Of a stretch of DNA of 64,000 nt, positions 28,013-37,702 are shown piece by piece (within the stretch, counting starts at the first letter, position 1; the number at the start of each line of letters is the position of its first letter). The position numbers were made by a program, and so were the translations under genes. The notes beneath the pieces were generated by a model that was not told the DNA's origin, did not search any database, and saw only the letters and a program-made list of their open reading frames with translations. This DNA is from a bacterium (GTDB lineage: Bacteria; UBA8248), in contig OZ244799.1 of assembly GCA_965219955.1 (NCBI GenBank), positions 3,072,001 to 3,136,000 of the forward strand, given 5' to 3'.

Positions 28013-29170
28013 ATGAACCTGCCCTTTGATGACAACAAGCTCAGCAGCCTGATGGAAGATCAGGGAGCGGACGTCGTTCTCGCCACGTCGAAGGAAAACG
28101 TCCGGTACCTGCTCGGCGGCTATCAATTCTTCTTTTTCGCCCACAAGGACGCCATCGGCGTCAGCCGCTACCAGCCGATAGTGGGCCTCCCGAAGGGCGC
28201 GCCCGACAAGGCGTTCTACATCGGGAACATCATGGAAGGCTGGCAGCAGGAAGTCGAACCCCTGTGGGTGCCCGAGAAGCGGAACAACCAGTGGCACACC
28301 GACCAGGCCGGCAAGGACGCGGCCGATTTCATCCGCAAACTCGGCCACGAGAAAGGCACAGTGGCGGTGGAGAAATGCTTCCTGCCGGCGGATTCTTACG
28401 AGGCGCTTCAGGAGGAGTTGCCGGACGCCAAGTTCATCGACGCCGTCTATCTGCTCGAAGAACTCCGGGCCGTGAAACAGCCCCACGAACTGACTCTCCT
28501 GAAAGAGGCTTCTGAAACTATCGTCGAGTGCATGCTCGACGTCATGAAGAGCACGCCTCCGGGCACCACCATGTACGAGGTCGCCGACGAGATGAAGAAA
28601 CTCGAGACCCAAAGGGGGCTCGACTTCGAGTACTGCCTCACCTGCACGGGGCCGAGCTTCAACCGCGCCCCCTCGAACGCCACCTGGGATGAGGGGAACA
28701 TCCTCTCGCTCGATTCGGGCGGGAACAAGCAGGGATACCTGGGCGATCTCTGCCGCATGGCCGTCATGGGCGAGCCCACGCAACTCATGGAGGATTTGCT
28801 CGGCGAAATCCAGGCGGTGCAGACGGCCGCGCGCGCCGTGGTGCGTCCGGGCGTCACGGGCCAGGAAATCTATGAGGCCGCCCTCAACGAGCAGGCCAAG
28901 TGCGAGCACGACGACCAGATGGTCTTCCTCGCGCACGGCATGGGCATCATCCAGCACGAAGCGCCGCACCTCACCTCCTCGGGCGTCGTGCCATACCCCG
29001 CCACCTATGAGACCAAGGGCCTCGAACCCGGGATGGTGGTGTCCATCGAAACCGACATGAAAAACCCCGAGGTCGGCTTCGTGAAACTCGAGGACACCGT
29101 GGTCGTCACCGAAGACGGATCGGTTGGCTACGGCGACGAAGGACGGGGCTGGAACATCGGCGGCGCGTAG
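28013..29170 (+). CDS. M24 (Xaa-Pro peptidase/creatinase fold) hydrolase
   Basis: LRAVK, SLDSG, GDLCR, AHGMG..HEAP, SIET, KLED. Confidence 0.88.
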   Translation: MNLPFDDNKLSSLMEDQGADVVLATSKENVRYLLGGYQFFFFAHKDAIGVSRYQPIVGLPKGAPDKAFYIGNIMEGWQQEVEPLWVPEKRNNQWHTDQAGKDAADFIRKLGHEKGTVAVEKCFLPADSYEALQEELPDAKFIDAVYLLEELRAVKQPHELTLLKEASETIVECMLDVMKSTPPGTTMYEVADEMKKLETQRGLDFEYCLTCTGPSFNRAPSNATWDEGNILSLDSGGNKQGYLGDLCRMAVMGEPTQLMEDLLGEIQAVQTAARAVVRPGVTGQEIYEAALNEQAKCEHDDQMVFLAHGMGIIQHEAPHLTSSGVVPYPATYETKGLEPGMVVSIETDMKNPEVGFVKLEDTVVVTEDGSVGYGDEGRGWNIGGA

Positions 29171-29202
29171 ATTCCATTTCGTGAACGGTAAGGAAGAAGC
29201 AG

Positions 29203-30378
29203 GTGGATTTTCGCATCAACCCTGAAAATGAAGATTTGCTCGACCGCGCGAAAATCTACGCGAAGGAAATCCTGGCCCCGAGAGCCGAGAAAATCGACCA
29301 GGAAGGGATTTTTCCCCGCGAGAATTTCAACGATCTGGCGAAAGAAGGCTTCACCTCCCTGACGCTTCCGAAGGACCAGGGAGGCAGGGACCTCTACGAG
29401 GACACCGCCACCTACTCGATGGTCCTCTACGAACTCTCCAAGGGCTGCACGAACACGGCCATGCTCTTCCACATGCACAGCTCCATCTCCCACGTCATCA
29501 CCTATCTGGGAACGGACGAGCAAAAGCGCAGGTACGGCGAAATCATAAGAAGCGGAAAGATCATCGCGAGCTACGCGAGCGAGAACACGTCGAGCCTTCA
29601 CGGCGTGTGGCGCATGGAGACGAAGGCGATTCGGGACGGCGATGTCTACCGGATCAACGGGAAAAAATACTTCTGCTCCATGGCCGGCGAGGCGGATTAC
29701 TACGTGCTCTGGGTGCAGCTCGAAGACGAGGAAGACCTCACGAAAAGCCTGGGGCTGCTCATCGCGCCCTCGGACAACCCCGGCTTCAAGATAGACCAGG
29801 AGTGGAACTCCTTCGCCATGCGCGGAACGGTGAGCCACTCGATGATATACGACGACGTGAAGATACCGGTGGAGGACCTCGTGGGCCGGGGCGGCGACCC
29901 GATACGCCCCGACGTTCTGCCCAAGTTCGGCTTCGGCTACTCCGCCGTCTACCTGGGCGCGGGCGGAGGCGCCTTCGACTGGGTGGTCAACTACGCGCAA
30001 ACCCGAAAGCTCATGCCCGACAACGTGCCCATCGCCACCTATCCCGCCATACAGCGCCAGATCGGGGAGATGAAGATCGCTCTCGAGGGCGCGATACTCA
30101 TGCTCCAGAGGGCGGGCTGGATGATCAACGCCCACGGCGCGGACAAGGCCTACGGCGCCATCAACGAGGCGAAATACGTTTGCGCGGAAGCGTCTGCCTT
30201 CATCACGGAAAAAGCGATTAAGGTGGCCGGCGGCCCGGGGCTGTTCCGGCACAACCCGCTCCAGCGCTTCCACCGCGAGGCGAGGGCCGGCCTCATCATG
30301 CCGCCCAACACGGAAAAGTGCCTGGAGCTCACCGCAAAGACCGTGCTCGAGGGCAGCGCGAACGTGCTGGGCTCATAA
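29203..30378 (+). CDS. Acyl-CoA dehydrogenase-fold flavoprotein, paralogue A
   Basis: INGKKYFCS, WNSFAMRGTVSH, AGG, LQRFHRE. Confidence 0.85.
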   Translation: MDFRINPENEDLLDRAKIYAKEILAPRAEKIDQEGIFPRENFNDLAKEGFTSLTLPKDQGGRDLYEDTATYSMVLYELSKGCTNTAMLFHMHSSISHVITYLGTDEQKRRYGEIIRSGKIIASYASENTSSLHGVWRMETKAIRDGDVYRINGKKYFCSMAGEADYYVLWVQLEDEEDLTKSLGLLIAPSDNPGFKIDQEWNSFAMRGTVSHSMIYDDVKIPVEDLVGRGGDPIRPDVLPKFGFGYSAVYLGAGGGAFDWVVNYAQTRKLMPDNVPIATYPAIQRQIGEMKIALEGAILMLQRAGWMINAHGADKAYGAINEAKYVCAEASAFITEKAIKVAGGPGLFRHNPLQRFHREARAGLIMPPNTEKCLELTAKTVLEGSANVLGS

Positions 30379-30398
30379 GGGATGGAGGAACAACGCCG

Positions 30399-31970
30399 AT
30401 GAGTGAAAGCGCCAACCTCCCTCCCTATTTCCGCCCCCCGCTCGAATATCCCGATTACGCGTTTCACGGACTGCTCAAGACGGCGTGCTCACGCCGCCCC
30501 GACGCCGTCGCCTTAGTAGACGATGATATCCACATGAGTTTCCGGGAACTCGACGTACTCTCGAACGCCTGCGCCCGCGCCATGCTCTCCGAGGGTGTGG
30601 GGATCGGGGATCGCGTCGGCCTGTTTCTCCCCAATTCGGCCGAATTCGAAATCGCCGCTTTCGGCGCATCGAAGACAGGCGCCGTCTTCACGCCGATGAA
30701 CCCCGCCTACAAGGAAGCAGAAGCCGCGCATCAACTGGGCGATTCGGGCGCGAAGATTCTGATCACGACGGCCGAGGGCGCCGCCGTGGTTCGGGAAGTG
30801 CAGAAAGAACTCCCGATGCTCGAAGCCATCATCGTCACGGATGACGACGAAGGAGACGCCCGCTTTGCGGACTGGATAAGCCCGCATTCGCCGGAGAACC
30901 TGCCCGAACCGCAGATCAACACCGCGGAGGACTTAATCGCCCTGCCCTATTCGAGCGGCACGACGGGCCTGCCCAAGGGCGTGATGCTCACCCACAGGAA
31001 TCTGGTGTCGAACTACCACCAGTGCGTGGCGAACCATCATATTACGGATCAAGATTCGGGCCTCCTGTTCCTGCCGCTCTATCACATCTACGGCGCGCTG
31101 ATCATGGGCGCGCTGATCCTCGCGGGCGCCACCCACGTGCTGATGAAGCGCTTCACCGTGGATGACGCCCTGCGTCTCGTTCAGGAACACGAGCTCACGC
31201 TCTTCTATGGCGTGCCGCCCGCGCTCCTGGCCATCGCCCACCATGAGAACCTGGGCGACTACGATCTCTCTTCCTTGAGATACATCATGAGCGGCGCAGC
31301 ACCCCTGCCGCCAGAGGTGAGGCGCGTCGTGCAGGAGAGAACGGGCGTGCTCACCTTCATGGGCTACGGCCTCACCGAAGCCTCCCCGCTCACGCACATG
31401 AACCCGCCCGTGGAGGCCTACATCCGGGAGGAATCCGTGGGGCCTCCCGTCTCCGATCAGGAGCAGAAAATCGTGGACGTCGAGACGGGAACGAAAGAGT
31501 TGCCCGTGGGAGAGGCGGGCGAGTTGATCATCAAGGGGCCCCACATCATGAAGGGCTACTGGAACGCGCCCGAGGCCACCGCCGAGGCGCTGCGCGCCGG
31601 CTGGCTCCATACGGGCGACATCGGGCGGGTGGACGAGCAGGGCTACGTCTATCTGATGGACAGGAAAAAGGAGATGATCAAGTACAAGGGCTTCGCCGTC
31701 GCGCCCGCCGAACTCGAAGCGTGCCTGCACCTGCACCCCGACGTTGCGGACGCGGCCGTCGTCCCCCGCGAGGATCCCGAGGCGGGCGAGATTCCCGTGG
31801 CCTTCGTGGTGCCCAAAGAAGGCGTCCAGATCAATGAGGTGGCCCTGATGGAATTCGTGAACGAAAAAGTCGCGGGCTACAAGCACATTCGCGCGGTGGC
31901 CTTCATCGACGCCATCCCGAAGTCGGGCAGCGGGAAAATACTGCGCCGTTTGCTGAAAGAAAAAACGTAA
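30399..31970 (+). CDS. AMP-dependent acyl/aryl-CoA ligase (4-coumarate / long-chain acid ligase-like)
   Basis: YSSGTTGLPKG, GYGLTE, LHTGD, DRKKEMIK, PKSGSGKILRR. Confidence 0.92.
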   Translation: MSESANLPPYFRPPLEYPDYAFHGLLKTACSRRPDAVALVDDDIHMSFRELDVLSNACARAMLSEGVGIGDRVGLFLPNSAEFEIAAFGASKTGAVFTPMNPAYKEAEAAHQLGDSGAKILITTAEGAAVVREVQKELPMLEAIIVTDDDEGDARFADWISPHSPENLPEPQINTAEDLIALPYSSGTTGLPKGVMLTHRNLVSNYHQCVANHHITDQDSGLLFLPLYHIYGALIMGALILAGATHVLMKRFTVDDALRLVQEHELTLFYGVPPALLAIAHHENLGDYDLSSLRYIMSGAAPLPPEVRRVVQERTGVLTFMGYGLTEASPLTHMNPPVEAYIREESVGPPVSDQEQKIVDVETGTKELPVGEAGELIIKGPHIMKGYWNAPEATAEALRAGWLHTGDIGRVDEQGYVYLMDRKKEMIKYKGFAVAPAELEACLHLHPDVADAAVVPREDPEAGEIPVAFVVPKEGVQINEVALMEFVNEKVAGYKHIRAVAFIDAIPKSGSGKILRRLLKEKT

Positions 31971-32007
31971 AATTCGTTTTCATTTTCGAACTCTTTAACG
32001 AGAATTC

Positions 32008-33183
32008 ATGGACCTACGCATAAACCCCGAAAACGAGGCCCTGATTGAGCGGGCCCGAGAACTCGCCCGAGACGTACTCGCTACCTACGCGGACGAATGC
32101 GATCAGGAGCAACGCTTCCCGAGAGAGAGCTTCGACGCCTTGATCCGGGCGGGCTTCACGCGCCTCACACTGCCCGAGTCCTACGGGGGTCGGGCGCTCT
32201 GGAGCGACCCCGTCTGCTATGCGATGGTGTTCCACGAACTGAGCCAGGGCTGCACGAACACCGCCATGACGCTCCACATGCACAGCTCGATTCTCTACTT
32301 CCTGCTCACGCTTTCGGATGAAGAGCAAAAGCACCGCTTCGCCGAGGCGGCCCGAAACGGCGCCATCTTCGGCAGTCACGCGGGCGAGGCGGCCTCCAGC
32401 CCCCAGTGGAACCGCACCATCACTACGCGCGCGCGCAAAGAGGGCGATGAATACGTCATCAACGGGCAGAAGTATTTTTGCTCCATGGCCGGGGAGGCGG
32501 ACCATTACGTGCTCTGGTGCCTGCTCGAAGACGTCGAGGAACTCCAGGCCGGCCTCCGCTGGGCGGTGCTGGACAAGAACTTGGGCGGCATCACCATCCC
32601 GAGCCGCTGGGACGCCTTCGCCATGCGGGGCACGGCCAGCCACTCGCTCGCCTATGAGGACGTGCGGGTCCCGGCGCGCAACATCGTGGGCACGGGCGAG
32701 GGCATCCTCCAGCCCGATTTCGTGCCCAGGTTCGGCCTCGGCTACGCCGCCGTCTACCTGGGCGCGGGCGCCGCCGCGCTGGACTGGATTGTGGACTACG
32801 CGCTCAAGCGCAAGCTCCTGCCCGACAACGCGCCGATCGCGAGCTATCCGGCGATTCAGCGCCAGATCGGGGAGATGAAGATCGCTTATGAGACCGCGCT
32901 CATCATGATCCAGAAAGCCGCCTGGGTGCTGGAAACCGAGGGCGCGGCCAAGGCCATTCCCTTCATCAACGAGGCGAAATACACCGCCTCCGAGGCGGCG
33001 GCCTCCATGACGGAAAAAGCGCTCAAAATCGCGGGCGGCCCCGGCCTGCTGAATGACAAGCCGCTCCAGCGGTTCCACCGCGACGCCAGGGCCGCGCTGG
33101 TCATGCCGCCCAGCACGGAGAAGTGCCTGCAAATGGCGTCGAACTTCGTTTTGAGTCAGAATGAGGCGGCATCCATCTTCTAG
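32008..33183 (+). CDS. Acyl-CoA dehydrogenase-fold flavoprotein, paralogue B
   Basis: Collinear with 29203..30378 (RINPENE, GCTNTAM, KYFCSMAGEAD, YPAIQRQIGEMKIA). Confidence 0.85.
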   Translation: MDLRINPENEALIERARELARDVLATYADECDQEQRFPRESFDALIRAGFTRLTLPESYGGRALWSDPVCYAMVFHELSQGCTNTAMTLHMHSSILYFLLTLSDEEQKHRFAEAARNGAIFGSHAGEAASSPQWNRTITTRARKEGDEYVINGQKYFCSMAGEADHYVLWCLLEDVEELQAGLRWAVLDKNLGGITIPSRWDAFAMRGTASHSLAYEDVRVPARNIVGTGEGILQPDFVPRFGLGYAAVYLGAGAAALDWIVDYALKRKLLPDNAPIASYPAIQRQIGEMKIAYETALIMIQKAAWVLETEGAAKAIPFINEAKYTASEAAASMTEKALKIAGGPGLLNDKPLQRFHRDARAALVMPPSTEKCLQMASNFVLSQNEAASIF

Positions 33184-33215
33184 CCAAGTCTAAAATTTCT
33201 CGCGAGGGAGAGCGC

Positions 33216-34889
33216 ATGAACAGCGGCAACGGTTCGGACCTGTTCCTGGAAACACTCATCGACGAGGGCGTCGACTGCATGTTCGGCAACCCGGGCACCA
33301 CCGAGCTGCCCCTCATGGACGCGCTGGTGAACGAGAGCAGGCTCGATTACATCCTCTGCCTCCAGGAGTCCGTCACCATCGGCGCGGCGGAAGGCTACGC
33401 CTACGCCACCGGCGGCGTGGGCGTGGTGAACCTCCACGTCGCGCCCGGCCTCGGCAACGCCATGGGGATGCTCTACAACATCAAGCGGGCCGGCACGCCG
33501 CTCATCGTCACGGCGGGCAACCAGGGCCAGCGCGGCCAACTCTCAGAACCCGTGCTCTGGGACGATCTGCCGCGCATGGCGGAGCCGCTCACCAAGTGGT
33601 CCTACGAGGTGCGGCGGGTGGAGGATCTGGAGCAAAGCGTCCGCCGGGCGATCAAATACGCGCTCACGCCGCCGACGGGCCCGGTATTCCTCTCGCTTCC
33701 CGGCGACGTCATGCTGGCCGAGACGGGAGGCCTCACGGGCCGCCCCACGAGGCTTTCGAGCGCGTTCCCTGCGCCTGCGGAATCCATTGAGCGCGCGGCG
33801 CAGACCCTCGCAGAAGCCGAGAACCCCTACATCGTCACCGGCTCGCGCGTCACCCGCTCGGGCGCGGTGGGCGAAGTCGTCCGGCTGGCGGAGCGCATCG
33901 GGGCGAAGGTGTTTTCCGACAACCGCCCGAACTCCCTCTCGGTCTCCCTCACCCATCCCCTCTACGCGGGAGAACTCCTGAACACCATCGAGCCGCTGCT
34001 GGATCAGATAGAAGACGCGGACGTCGTGTTCTTCATCGGCACGGAGACCTACACCTTCTCCTTCCCGCCGGAGGGTCCGCTGGCGCCGCGCGGCGCGCGT
34101 ATCATCCATCTGGACCTGGACCCCTGGGAGATCGGCAAGAACTTCCCCGTCGACGTCGCCATGCTGGGAGACCCCAAGACCACGCTCACAGAACTCACCG
34201 GAGCGGTGGAGAAGAAAATGGGCGAAGCGGGCCTTCAAAGCGCAGCCGAGCGCCGCGCGTGGATCGAGAAGGAACTGGCGGCATCGAGAAGGGAGGTCGC
34301 CCCCAAGGCAGGCGACGACGGCGGCCCCTTGACGAAGGAAACCTTCCAGGCCGCATTCGGAGAGGTGCTGCCTCAGGGGACGGCGCTGGTGGATGAATCC
34401 CTCACCATGGGGCACGGGGGAGGCCTCAAGAGCGCGATCGCTGGAAAGGTAGATTCGCTTTTCGGCATGAAGGGTGGCGGCATCGGCTTGGGCCTGCCCA
34501 GTGCGCTGGGCGTCAAGAAGGCCCTGCCCGATACGCCCGTGGTCTGTCTCTCGGGAGACGGCTCCGCCATGTACGCCATTCAGGCGCTCTGGAGCGCCGC
34601 GAAATACGATCTCGACGCGGTGTTCGTGATTCTGAACAACAAGAGCTACCGGATTCTCAAAGAGCGGGTCTTGAGGCTCGACGGCAAGACGCAGGAGCAC
34701 CGGCAATTCGTCGCCATGGATTTCAAGGAGCCCGAACTCGATTTCATTCAGATGGCCCAGTCCATGGGCGTGGACGCCGTCCGGGCGAAGACGCCGGCGG
34801 AACTCAAAGAGGCCATGGAGAAAGGACTGGCGGGCGGCAAACCATATCTCATCGACGCCCACATCGAATACGAACGCCTGGAGAACTGA
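33216..34889 (+). CDS. ThDP-dependent enzyme (benzoylformate decarboxylase-like)
   Basis: FGNPGTTELP, LQE, NLHVAPGLGNA, GDGS..NN. Confidence 0.88.
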   Translation: MNSGNGSDLFLETLIDEGVDCMFGNPGTTELPLMDALVNESRLDYILCLQESVTIGAAEGYAYATGGVGVVNLHVAPGLGNAMGMLYNIKRAGTPLIVTAGNQGQRGQLSEPVLWDDLPRMAEPLTKWSYEVRRVEDLEQSVRRAIKYALTPPTGPVFLSLPGDVMLAETGGLTGRPTRLSSAFPAPAESIERAAQTLAEAENPYIVTGSRVTRSGAVGEVVRLAERIGAKVFSDNRPNSLSVSLTHPLYAGELLNTIEPLLDQIEDADVVFFIGTETYTFSFPPEGPLAPRGARIIHLDLDPWEIGKNFPVDVAMLGDPKTTLTELTGAVEKKMGEAGLQSAAERRAWIEKELAASRREVAPKAGDDGGPLTKETFQAAFGEVLPQGTALVDESLTMGHGGGLKSAIAGKVDSLFGMKGGGIGLGLPSALGVKKALPDTPVVCLSGDGSAMYAIQALWSAAKYDLDAVFVILNNKSYRILKERVLRLDGKTQEHRQFVAMDFKEPELDFIQMAQSMGVDAVRAKTPAELKEAMEKGLAGGKPYLIDAHIEYERLEN

Positions 34890-34895
34890 AGAGGG

Positions 34896-36146
34896 TCAGG
34901 CCACGCCCATCTTCGCGCCATAGGCTTCCAGCGCCTGCTCGAAGCAGGCGAGCGGCGCGCGAACGACGCCCGCGCCCACCTGGCCGACGCCGGGTTCCTT
35001 ATGCGCGATGCCTGTGTTGATGACGGGCGTGACGCCGAGCTTCACCACCCTGGTGATGTCGATCCCCGTTGGAACGCCCTCAAAATCGAGGGAGGGAATC
35101 GTCCACTCCGGGTTCCGGCCCTGGGTGATCTCGTACATGGCGCGGGAATAATTGAGCGCATCCGCGGCGCTCCCCGCCCCCACGAACCCGACGACGGCGG
35201 GCGCTGCCGCCATGGCGAATCCACCCAGCCCCATCGTCTCGATGATCGTGGAATCGCCCATGTCCGGATTGGCGTCGTCCTCGCCGAAGCCGGGGAAATA
35301 CAACCCTTCGGGCATCTCGACCGGCGCCGTGAACCATTCATCCCCCGTCGCGCTCACCCGGATGCCGAAGTCCGTTCCGTTGCGGCACATCGCCGTGACG
35401 ATGCCCGACGCCCCGATGCCGCGCACCGGGTCCATCACCGCCTTGCCGGTTGCCATCGCGACGTTCAGGAAGAACTGATCGTTGCCGCCGATGAAGGACA
35501 GCACTTCTTCCAGCGCCTTGCCATCACCCACAACGCGCGCCAGCGCGGGCGCCGCCTCGCGCATGAAGAGGCTCGTGCAGGCCACGTTGCGCTGGTGCAT
35601 CTCGTCCCCCATCGAAAGCCCCCGCGCGATGATGCTCTTGAGCGGCAGCCCGCCCATGATCTCAAGGGCGTCCGAGAGCGCGGGCGCCAGGCGCTCCGCG
35701 AGCCAGCGGAGCCGGTTCAGCACCTCCCCGTCGTTCCCGCCGAAGCGCATCACCTTCCCCAGGCCCTCGTTCAGGGTGCAAAACGCCCGGTTCCCGAATT
35801 TCTTGTTCTCCACGATCATCACCGGCATCGAGCGCGTGGTGATGCCTGTCATGGGGCCGACGGCGTCGAAATGATGATTGGGGTGGAAGGCGACGCCGCC
35901 CGAGGCGGCGAGCGCCTCGCCCGAGGCCAAATCTTCCGCCCAGCCCTCCAGGACGGCCGCTCCCGCAACCGCCCCGCGCAGGGGGCCGCACATCCGCTCC
36001 CACTCGATCGGGGGGCCGGCATGAAGGAGAACGCCCTCCTCCAGACCCGGTATCACCTCGCCCGCCGGGCGCACGTCCACCAGGACGGGCTCCGCCTCGG
36101 TGATGCGGGTGAGCGCCTCCGCGTTCGCGTCCGTGATCACGCCCAT
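34896..36146 (-). CDS. DUF1116 protein (YlbE/AllG-like)
   Basis: LHAGPPI, NEGLGKVMRFG, GDEMHQRN, RNGTDFG, DMGDS, INTGIAHK..GQVGAG. Confidence 0.85.
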   Translation of the reverse strand: MGVITDANAEALTRITEAEPVLVDVRPAGEVIPGLEEGVLLHAGPPIEWERMCGPLRGAVAGAAVLEGWAEDLASGEALAASGGVAFHPNHHFDAVGPMTGITTRSMPVMIVENKKFGNRAFCTLNEGLGKVMRFGGNDGEVLNRLRWLAERLAPALSDALEIMGGLPLKSIIARGLSMGDEMHQRNVACTSLFMREAAPALARVVGDGKALEEVLSFIGGNDQFFLNVAMATGKAVMDPVRGIGASGIVTAMCRNGTDFGIRVSATGDEWFTAPVEMPEGLYFPGFGEDDANPDMGDSTIIETMGLGGFAMAAAPAVVGFVGAGSAADALNYSRAMYEITQGRNPEWTIPSLDFEGVPTGIDITRVVKLGVTPVINTGIAHKEPGVGQVGAGVVRAPLACFEQALEAYGAKMGVA

Positions 36147-37405
36147 CCAGTCCCCTCCCGCCAGGTCGTCTCCGAGACGTTCTCCACGACGATGCGCCCC
36201 CCTTTCACCACGAATCGCTTCTCGGGCTGGTCGATGAGGACGTCGTCGAAATTCACCGAATCGAGAACCACGAAATCAGCCGCGCAGCCGGTTCGCAACC
36301 CGTAGCCCTCCTCCACCCCCAGCGCCTTCGCGGCGTTCGTCGTGAAAAGATCGGGAACCACAGCCCTCTCCGCTGCGCCGCTCATGTGGAGCACATGGGC
36401 GAGGAGGAGGCCGATTTCGAGCAAATCGCCGCGTCCCGAGGGCGTAAAGGCGTTTTTGATGTTGTTCGAAGATATGGCGACGTTGACGCCCGCGCTCAAC
36501 AGTTCCTTGACGGGGGCGAGGCTCCTGAAGCGCGGCGGGTTCTCTCCCCTGCCTCCCAGGAACAGATCCGTCGCCGGCAGGGGCAGGACGGAGATGCCCG
36601 CCTCGAGAATCTTCTCGATGATTCGCGCGGCATCATCCGGCGGCATGGCGCCCGGGGAGGTGAGATGACCGGCGGCCACCCGGCCCTGCAAGCCTGCGGC
36701 CACCGTGCGGGCGGCCACGGATTCGATATTCCTCACCCGGGGGTCGTCCGCGAAATCGAGATGAAAGTCCAGGCCGCAGCCAAACGCCTCGGCCATTCCG
36801 AAAACGATGTCCAGATGCCGCTCGGGGTCGAGGTCGTTGTACGGGATTCCGCCGATGAGGTCCCCGCCCATACGCATGGCCTCGCGCATCAAATCCTCCG
36901 TGCCTGGCTGCTGCTCGATGCCTTCCTGCGGAAAAACGACAAGTTGAAAATCCGCCAGACCGGCGTATTTCTCCTTGAGCGCCAGGGCGACTTCCACCCC
37001 CAGAAGCCCGACGATGGGGTCGACCTCCACCTGCGCGCGAAACCAGGTGGCGCCGTGACGGATGCACATGCGCAGCGCGCGCTCGGCGCGCTCCATGACG
37101 TCTTGTTTCGTGACGCTTCTCTTGAGCGCCAGCGTGATGGAAATGGCGTCTTCGAGCGTGCCGGAAAGATTGGGCTCACGCTCTTCCAGAAACGCCTTGT
37201 CCAGATGAATGTGGCTCTCCACGAACGCCGGCAGCACGACGCGGGCGCCTACGTCGATCTCCTCACAGCCGGAATCGTTGCACAGACCCGGCGAAACTCT
37301 CGTAAACAGGCCCCCGGCGACGCAAAAATCCACCAATGGGCCGCCCGATTCGATTCTGGCGTTCCTGAAAATTCTGTCGTCCGTCTTCTCTGCGCACATG
37401 GCCAT
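36137..37405 (-). CDS. Amidohydrolase (cytosine deaminase / AtzC-like)
   Basis: ESHIHLDK, VFPQEG, FHLD, AGHLT, NAAKAL, ADFVVL. Confidence 0.85.
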   Translation of the reverse strand: MAMCAEKTDDRIFRNARIESGGPLVDFCVAGGLFTRVSPGLCNDSGCEEIDVGARVVLPAFVESHIHLDKAFLEEREPNLSGTLEDAISITLALKRSVTKQDVMERAERALRMCIRHGATWFRAQVEVDPIVGLLGVEVALALKEKYAGLADFQLVVFPQEGIEQQPGTEDLMREAMRMGGDLIGGIPYNDLDPERHLDIVFGMAEAFGCGLDFHLDFADDPRVRNIESVAARTVAAGLQGRVAAGHLTSPGAMPPDDAARIIEKILEAGISVLPLPATDLFLGGRGENPPRFRSLAPVKELLSAGVNVAISSNNIKNAFTPSGRGDLLEIGLLLAHVLHMSGAAERAVVPDLFTTNAAKALGVEEGYGLRTGCAADFVVLDSVNFDDVLIDQPEKRFVVKGGRIVVENVSETTWREGTGWA

Positions 37406-37558
37406 TTAACCGGTATGAAAATCAACTCAACAGAAACGAAACGCGCATCGCCCATCGTCGTACAGTGGAAAATTTCGACATGGCGAACTCTATCGTCCTG
37501 CGCCGGTTTTCGCCAGTGAAAAAGGAAATGACGGGAAAAACCCCGCAATCCCGTCAAC

Positions 37559-37588
37559 TTGACCCACAACTCGAATCGGGAACATAAT
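37559..37588 (+). promoter_or_regulatory. Candidate sigma70 promoter for the ABC operon
   Basis: TTGACC-18 bp-CATAAT in the divergent intergenic region. Confidence 0.35.
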
Positions 37589-37702
37589 GAAAGACTCGGG
37601 ATCATATCGCATCAGGATTTCCGTGCGGATTTACGACCCGGCAACGCGCCGTCGGGGACTTGTTTTTAAGGCGCGCCGTCTGCGGATAAAAGAGAGACAT
37701 GA

